DNA of 57,421 nucleotides, taken from Trypethelium eluteriae (lineage: Eukaryota). Shown in pieces: positions 49,266 through 57,421 of this stretch. The notes under the pieces are model-generated. The model did no database searches, had not been told where the DNA came from, and saw only the letters and a program-made list of their open reading frames with translations. A program made the translations under genes and the position numbers. Positions within the stretch are counted from its first letter, which is position 1, and every line of letters starts with the position of its first letter. The stretch covers positions 1 through 57,421 of the forward strand of contig JAVECL010000086.1 in assembly GCA_051942245.1 (NCBI GenBank), given 5' to 3'.

Positions 49266-51371
49266 CTACAAATGGCTCCCATAGGCTCCATTCGTAGTCC
49301 CATTCGCATGCCCATTGAGACTCCCAGTCAACTCCCTCAACTCCGTCTCTACCAACTGCCCCTCCTTGAACGGATCATACATCCGCTGCTGAATATAGCT
49401 GTCCAAATCCGCATCGCTCAACCCCCTCAACGCAATCTCGCGGTCCACCCCACCCAACTGCGCCGCCCGAATCACGCCTCTGGTCACCACAACACTGACC
49501 TCACGGATACGACGGATGTCAGGGTACAGCCAGCCATCAGCGTGCTCCTGGGGCGTCAAGCTCTGGGACAGGGCAGTCGCACTCGCATAGATCATATCCT
49601 GCGTGACATTGACCGCCTTGCTGAGGATGGCGCCGAGGCCGATGCCAGGGAAGACGTACATGTTGTTGCCTTGGCCGGGGGTAAGCAGCTTGCCCGACGT
49701 CGGGTGCGGCTGGGAGGGGAAGGGCGAGCCGGAGGCGAAGAGGCAGGTGCCGTCGGTGTGGGCGATGGCGTCGGCGAAGGTGCACTCGGACTTCGAGGAG
49801 GGGTTCGACAGCGGGAAGATGACGGGGTGCTCGTTGAGCTCCGCCATGCGCTGGAGGATGCCCGGCGTGAAGGCGCCGCCGATGGTGGATAGGCCCATCA
49901 GGATGGTGGGCTTCACGTATTCGACGACTTCTTCGAGGCTGCGGTATTGCTGGCCCTCGTTGTCGTCGCGGCTGAAGTAGACTTTGTGCTCTGCGAGCGT
50001 GTCGCCCCGGTCGTTGGTCACGAGGCCGCGAGAGTCGACGAGCCAGAAGCGTCGCCGGGCTTCGTCTTCGCTGAGTCCGCCTTCCTTGACGAAGTACTCG
50101 ACGAGCTGCTTGGCGACGCCCACGCCGGCGCTGCCGGCGCCGAGGAAGACGGCGCGTTGCTCGGAGGCGGGGATGCGGGTGGCACGGCAGGCGTTGATGA
50201 AGCCGCCGAGGATGACGGCACCGGTGCCTTGGATGTCGTCGTTGAACATGGTATAAGTGTGTTGGTAGCGTTCGAGGGATGGGAAGGGGTTCTTGAAGTC
50301 TTCGTATTGAATGACAATGCTAGTAATGGCGTCAGTATCACGGCTTTGACCAACTCTGAGAGTGCGTGGAATGGTATGCTTACCCAGGCCATCTCTCCGT
50401 CAGAGCAGCCATCAATTCATCCAGGAAGTCCTTTTCTTCCTCGGCTGTCACCTTTTCTCTCCTGCTGCCCATGTAAAGCGGATCTTCCAGAAGCGCCTTA
50501 TTGCTGGTTCCGAGGTCGAGGCACAATGGTAGGGTCGCCTCGGGCCTGATGCCAGCACATGCAGTATACAGGGCAAGCTTTCCGACTGGAATGCCCATGC
50601 CATTCACGCCGAGGTCACCGAGACCGAGGATACGGGAGCCATCAGTGACGACGGTAATTTCAACATTATGGGGCCAATTTTGGATGATTGTATGGAGGTG
50701 TCCACGGTCAGAGAACGACAAGTACATGCCTAGTAATTTGATCAGCAACGAAATGGAGAAGCGAAGGGTTGTGGTTAACAAACCTTCAGGCTGAGTCCAT
50801 ATTTGGTGCCATTTCTGGCATGCTTCACCAACGGTAGGTGTGTAGATATATGGAGTTAATTCCTAGATAGAAGTCGATTCAGTCTGCATTCATGCTTCTG
50901 ACAGGCACCATATTCCGTACCTTGACATGGTTGGCCATCAGACGGTAGAATAGGTGCACATTGGTAGCACGGAGCTGCGTAAGGTACATGAACTTCTCGA
51001 TTGGCGTCGTCTTGGCTTCTAGCAGCTTCATGCCTATTGCTGTGCATTAGAACATGGCTATTTCAAGCTTTCCACGCCAAATTTCTGTCCTACATCTTGT
51101 TGCTTGAGTCTCGAAGCTCTCATGAGCTGGAGGACTCATGCCATAGGTGCGAAGGTATCTGCGGACTTGGGGAGAATATGCCGTGTCATAGTCACCGCTA
51201 CTGTGTACGGACATTGTCAGTTCAAAGCTTCGTGGGATGATCAGTGGATGCGACTCACGAGACTGGAGTTTGTCGGACTGGAGCTACTGGATGCTGATGA
51301 CCCTTGATGTGCGCGTGCGGTTCTACACTCTTAGTAACAGGAGCCGGAACGGCAGCAGCTGCGGCGGACAT
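49266..51371 (-). CDS. Malic enzyme (NAD(P)-dependent, decarboxylating), ~603 aa, 6 exons; possible upstream in-frame start at 51539
   Basis: Exons 51371-51259, 51200-51094, 51033-50921, 50862-50784, 50729-50384, 50319-49266. Motifs IYTPTVGEAC, VTDGSRILGLGDLG, IQYEDF, FNDDIQGTG, GAGSAG, PLSNP, GQGNNMYVFPGIGLG. Confidence 0.95.
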
Positions 51372-52495
51372 GTTGCGGATCTGATTAATATGAAGACCGA
51401 TAGATGGATTTTGGTAGAGATTAGGTGCAATTGAGGACCTAGGAGACGTTGGGCAGGGCGTGGGAAAGAATGGATTTTTGTGGAGGCCAGTCGATGGAGC
51501 TTGGGCTACTCTGAAGTAATAATGACCAATTTTCTTCATTTGTTTGGGACCAGGGATCGAAACTCCGAGGCGACTGCCGGAGTGTATCAGCCTGCCCGTT
51601 TGAAGAGGAATCGTTTGGACTTGCACTGTCCGTGCAGCAGCAGCAGCTTTTTCTTTTGAGCACCACCAACGAGCTCCAACCTTAATCCTGACTTCCCCGG
51701 CTTCATCTCCGACCGCTCACCACCACCATCCGCTATCTCTGCTGCCCAGACCCGACCTCATTCCGGAGGGCGGAGCCGAATCGCTCTGATGCATAAGCCA
51801 TCGACTCGTCCATGTGCTGATGGGCTTGGTACGCGCGGAGAATCCGGCCCATAATTATGAGCTTGGCTTGGTGATCGTGGGGAAACAGACGATAACTAGT
51901 TCACTAAGCCAGCTCGAAGGATGATCTGCCGCGCTGACGTCTCTGGCCGCTACCGACCGGCCACGTTAGGTACCTAGCAAAAGTCGGGATTTATCGGAAA
52001 GACAAGATTATGGCGCAGCAGACGAAGGCCAAATTCGCAAGATAACAGCTTGCCTTTTGCAACAGATCGGGTCTCGGATCTCGATGCTCTCCTATCTTGC
52101 AGTATTTTCGGAATCCGTGCGACTCAAGCTTCAAGCTTCTGCTCAAGCTTTTGCTGCATGAACGATTTCAGCTGGATGCAGAAACCCAAAGGTTAGACCC
52201 TTGATCAACACCCCTGGCGGTTGTCCCAGGCGCCCGGTCACTGGTTTTCGCCGTGCACTTGTCGCAAACTCAATCGTCAACTGTTTCATGCACGAACCGA
52301 TGATTGATCAGCGTTGCATCAAGATGTTCGCTTCTAGCATGAAGCCGTAGTATACAACAATTTCTCTTTTGCAAGATGAGGGAAAAGAATAGTTCATTTT
52401 GATAAACGTTTCCAATTGTACTTGAGCTTTATTTCTTCTGCTTGTTCCACTTCACCCCAACATTGTTTCAAAACAAACCCCTTCGTCTGTTCAGG

Positions 52496-54390
<1,895 letters not shown>

Positions 54391-55309
54391 GTTGAAGGCC
54401 TCGTGGACACGAACGAGTAATGAGAAATGTGGTGTGACTATATAATGGAAGAGAGAAGATCTTCAAGATGTTTGCTTTCTACTTTATGTCTCTTGAGTTT
54501 TCTCGGCTCGTCTCGTCTAAGAACTTCCCAACCCAAGTTCACTGGGGAAGGTGATACAAGGCTAAATCTTGCCCGTTAAGCATGACTCCGGAGAGGAGGT
54601 ATTTAGAAAGGAAGCTCATACGGCAAGTCGCTCGTAGCGTAAAACGCGACTTCTCTTGGTGTTCTGAAGAACGGCGCAAGGTACGGAGAAAAGCATCTCC
54701 GCATCCTTCATACCTTGGGAAGTAAGGTACCTTCAAAGTGTCTCGTGATACAAATTCACATGCCTTGCTAGCGGTCCGGCTCGAAGCGAACCTGCAAGCT
54801 TGATGCCGCCAGCCTATCCTCAGGTAGCTCGCCGATGCAACCTTGTAGCAATCTTGAAGTCAACCCTACCTTAATTAGGGAAAGTCAGAGCAAGATCTAG
54901 ACTTGGTGCAAGCTGCTTGAGCGCTCTTCCCCGCATCTATACCTTGTGTGACTCGAAGTATTTTTGAGGGATTCCTCGAAAACGAATGTGCTTAGAGTAT
55001 GCAACACTTGCAAGAAGACGAATTTTGTTACCCAGAATTTCTAAAAACCATACCCTTGAGCAGCTGAGGAGTTGTCCTAGAGACGTCGCCAAGATCAGAC
55101 AAATCGATCATGTCGCGTGTGGACTGTCTTAGCCACCCCTAGATCTCACGATACCGCGCGTCATGGTCGCGTATCGGGCAGTGACGTAGTTCTTCGCCAC
55201 ATCCAAAACCAACTGACCGTGCAACCAACCCGTTCTTCTTGTATAAGACCGCAATAGGTGTTCTCATTGCGGCCAAAGGAGTTTCTCGGAAAACACTGCA
55301 CCAAAAATC

Positions 55310-57421
55310 ATGTCCTCCTGTTGTGGCCTCCGTAAACGTGGTCAAGATGACCGCGAGCCACTGCTGCCTCAGTATCGCGATGAAACAGAAATGCAAAGAC
55401 AGCTTCATCAAAAGTTACACTCCTATCAAATGTTCAGAGCCCTTGCTGATGGATATATGCCGTCAAATGAGCAAGTAATCATCAACCTGCGTACTCTTCT
55501 CGCTTCGGATCTTCTCAATCCAAGTGATCCAGAACTAAGTGACTCCGGTCGATTACTGACAAAATATACCAAAGAATGGCTTAAGCATTTTGTAGAACTA
55601 CTATTCCACAAGAATAACGGTGATCAGATTCAAGACTTCATCTGGTATCTCACGAAGTCAAGGATATCAGTCGATGTTGAAGACCTTGGACGAAGGGCGT
55701 CAAAAGCCAAGTCCAAGGCTAACACAGCAGCTGGTATGTTTTCTGGCCCTTCTCTTAATTCAATTGAATACTGATCTCCTCAGCCTATCAAAGCCTCAAT
55801 ACTGTCGGTTCCCTTCTTCTCACGAATTCCGATTTTCGACTCTTCCTTTTAGATCTCAATGTCATTGGACGTGAGGTCTTCAAAGATACCGCCTTTACTT
55901 TATCCAGCGTCGCCGAGGATGCCGGGAAGCGTCTTGAACCTTCTCAAGAGAAACAAATAGCTGTAAAACACCCAGGTGAAGACTCGAAGACTGCAGTGTC
56001 AAAGGAAGATGTTCAGCAAGAGGCAGCCGAAGTCTCGGATGTCGTGACGGATGGAGCCGCAACTGTGGCTAAGGAGGCATCCAAAAGTGTTGCGGACAAA
56101 TTAAAGGGAGATGAGAAAGATACACTGCTTTACCGGCTGAAGCAAACTGTTTTGAAGCTACGACAGCGAAACGACTACTCAGACTCAGTATCAACTCTTT
56201 CAACACTTGTCAAGCGATACGCTCTAGTCTACTCGAGAGCAATGCAGGAAACAGTCAATACAGCACAGAAAGATGTCCATCAGAATCCCGAGACAGATCG
56301 TGCGCTCAAAAACTTTTGGTCTTTCGTTAGCTCTTTCGGAGACCAGCATCAGTGGAGTGAATTGCAGCGAAAACTCAACCAAGTTCTGGATCATCAGCAA
56401 AATAATCCACAGTTTGAAAACGTCATGGATGATGTTGGCAATTCACTACAGAGTCTACTCACCGATCCCGAATTCTTTGACCATGCCGATGAGAAATTCC
56501 AAGAACTCCGCTCAAAGTCCCGCGGTCTTGGAGCCAACTCCAAGGTACGACAAGACGTTGATGACTTTCTTGCCCAAGCGCAAATAACTCTTCAGTCTGT
56601 CCTTCACGACAGGGATATTAATACCCTGATTTCGCTCTCCCTGAAAATATTCAACATTCTCTCCCCTCAATATTCCATCACCAACCAAGAACTCATCCAA
56701 GATGCCATCAACTTCTTCGTTCCCACCCTCATCAACAGTATCCAATATATTCCGATACCTCGCCTCGAACTCTCCACCCCAGACATCGATCTCCTCCTCG
56801 AATCTCTCGTCCTCGAACCCGGTCGCACCATCAACCACTCCTCCTTCCTCCCCTTCCGCTTCCACGCCACCACGCGCACCGACCTCGACGTCCACAAAAC
56901 CCACCTCCGCACCATCAGCACCCGCACCGCCACCATCCTCACCATCTCCCTCTCCGGCCTCAGCCTACGGGCCTCCGACCTCGGCTTCTGGCTCCGCGCC
57001 CACCGCGGCCTCTTCCGCTTCTCCTCGTCCGGCATTGCCAGCTTCGCCCTCGACGACCGCGGGATCGACATCGAGCTAGACATCGAGATCGGGCGGGACC
57101 GACTGGAGCAGATGCTCAGTCTGCGCGGGGTGCGCGTCCGGGTGCACAAGCTGCGCTATGCGATTCGCAAGAGTCGGTTTGGCTGGCTCGGCTGGCTCGT
57201 GAAGCCGTTGCTGCGTCCGATCTTGAAGCGCGTGATGGAGAGGCAGATCGCGCAGGGCATTGCGGAGTTCTGCCATGCGGCGAATCGCGAGGTGGTGTTT
57301 GCGAGGGAGCGGTTGCGCGCGACGAGGGTGGCGGAGCCGAGGGATTTGATTACGTTTGTGAGGGCGGTGGCGGCGAGGTTGGCGCCGGCGGAGGATCCGG
57401 ATGTGTATGCGAGGGTGGGGG
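55310..57421 (+). CDS. Conserved fungal HAM1-like / BPI-like (DUF5923/DUF4449-type) protein, 3'-truncated by the window edge
   Basis: Exon 55310-55733, intron 55734-55783, then open to the window end. Motifs EPLLPQY..LHQKLHSYQM.RAL..GYMPSNEQ, SLLLTNSDFR, IQYIPIPRLE. Family name is from recall only. Confidence 0.7.

Noticed and set aside
52124..52155. Three copies of TCAAGCTT
   Set aside because: Very short; consistent with local slippage and has no supporting context.
54391..55309. AmyR (CGG-N8-(C/A)GG) and CreA (SYGGRG) sites in the glucoamylase promoter
   Set aside because: The CGG pairs I found have 9-10 nt spacing, and SYGGRG hexamers are too frequent by chance to call.

Overview
Intron-containing genomic DNA from a filamentous ascomycete (Pezizomycotina), judged from short GT-AG introns with CTRAC/CTAAY-type branch sites and from the Woronin-body tether gene. 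From left to right: the 3' part of RTG2; NAD-glutamate dehydrogenase (GDH2); a probable 83-aa small protein; an accessory-looking block at ~10-21 kb (F-box gene, its decayed tandem copy, an orphan gene behind a cluster of Gcn4/CpcA-type sites, a Zn2Cys6 transcription factor, a secreted BBE-like FAD oxidase, a 12-Cys GPI-type surface protein); RNA15/CstF-64; a giant ~6,770-aa unsplit leashin (lah) gene; a GFA/CENP-V gene; a HeLo-like-N plus tandem ubiquitin-like-domain gene; malic enzyme; glucoamylase (GH15-CBM20); and the 5' part of a HAM1-like/BPI-like gene. I saw no tRNA, rRNA, CRISPR array or intact transposon. Exon models were built by hand and frame-checked; family names come from motif recognition, not database searches. 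The strongest leads are the HeLo-like/double-ULD gene, possible multi-organelle targeting of malic enzyme, repeated sharp C-rich to G-rich skew flips inside genes, a stop-free 204-nt intron candidate in leashin, and the TGASTCA cluster at the orphan gene. None of these is proven to be a new system.
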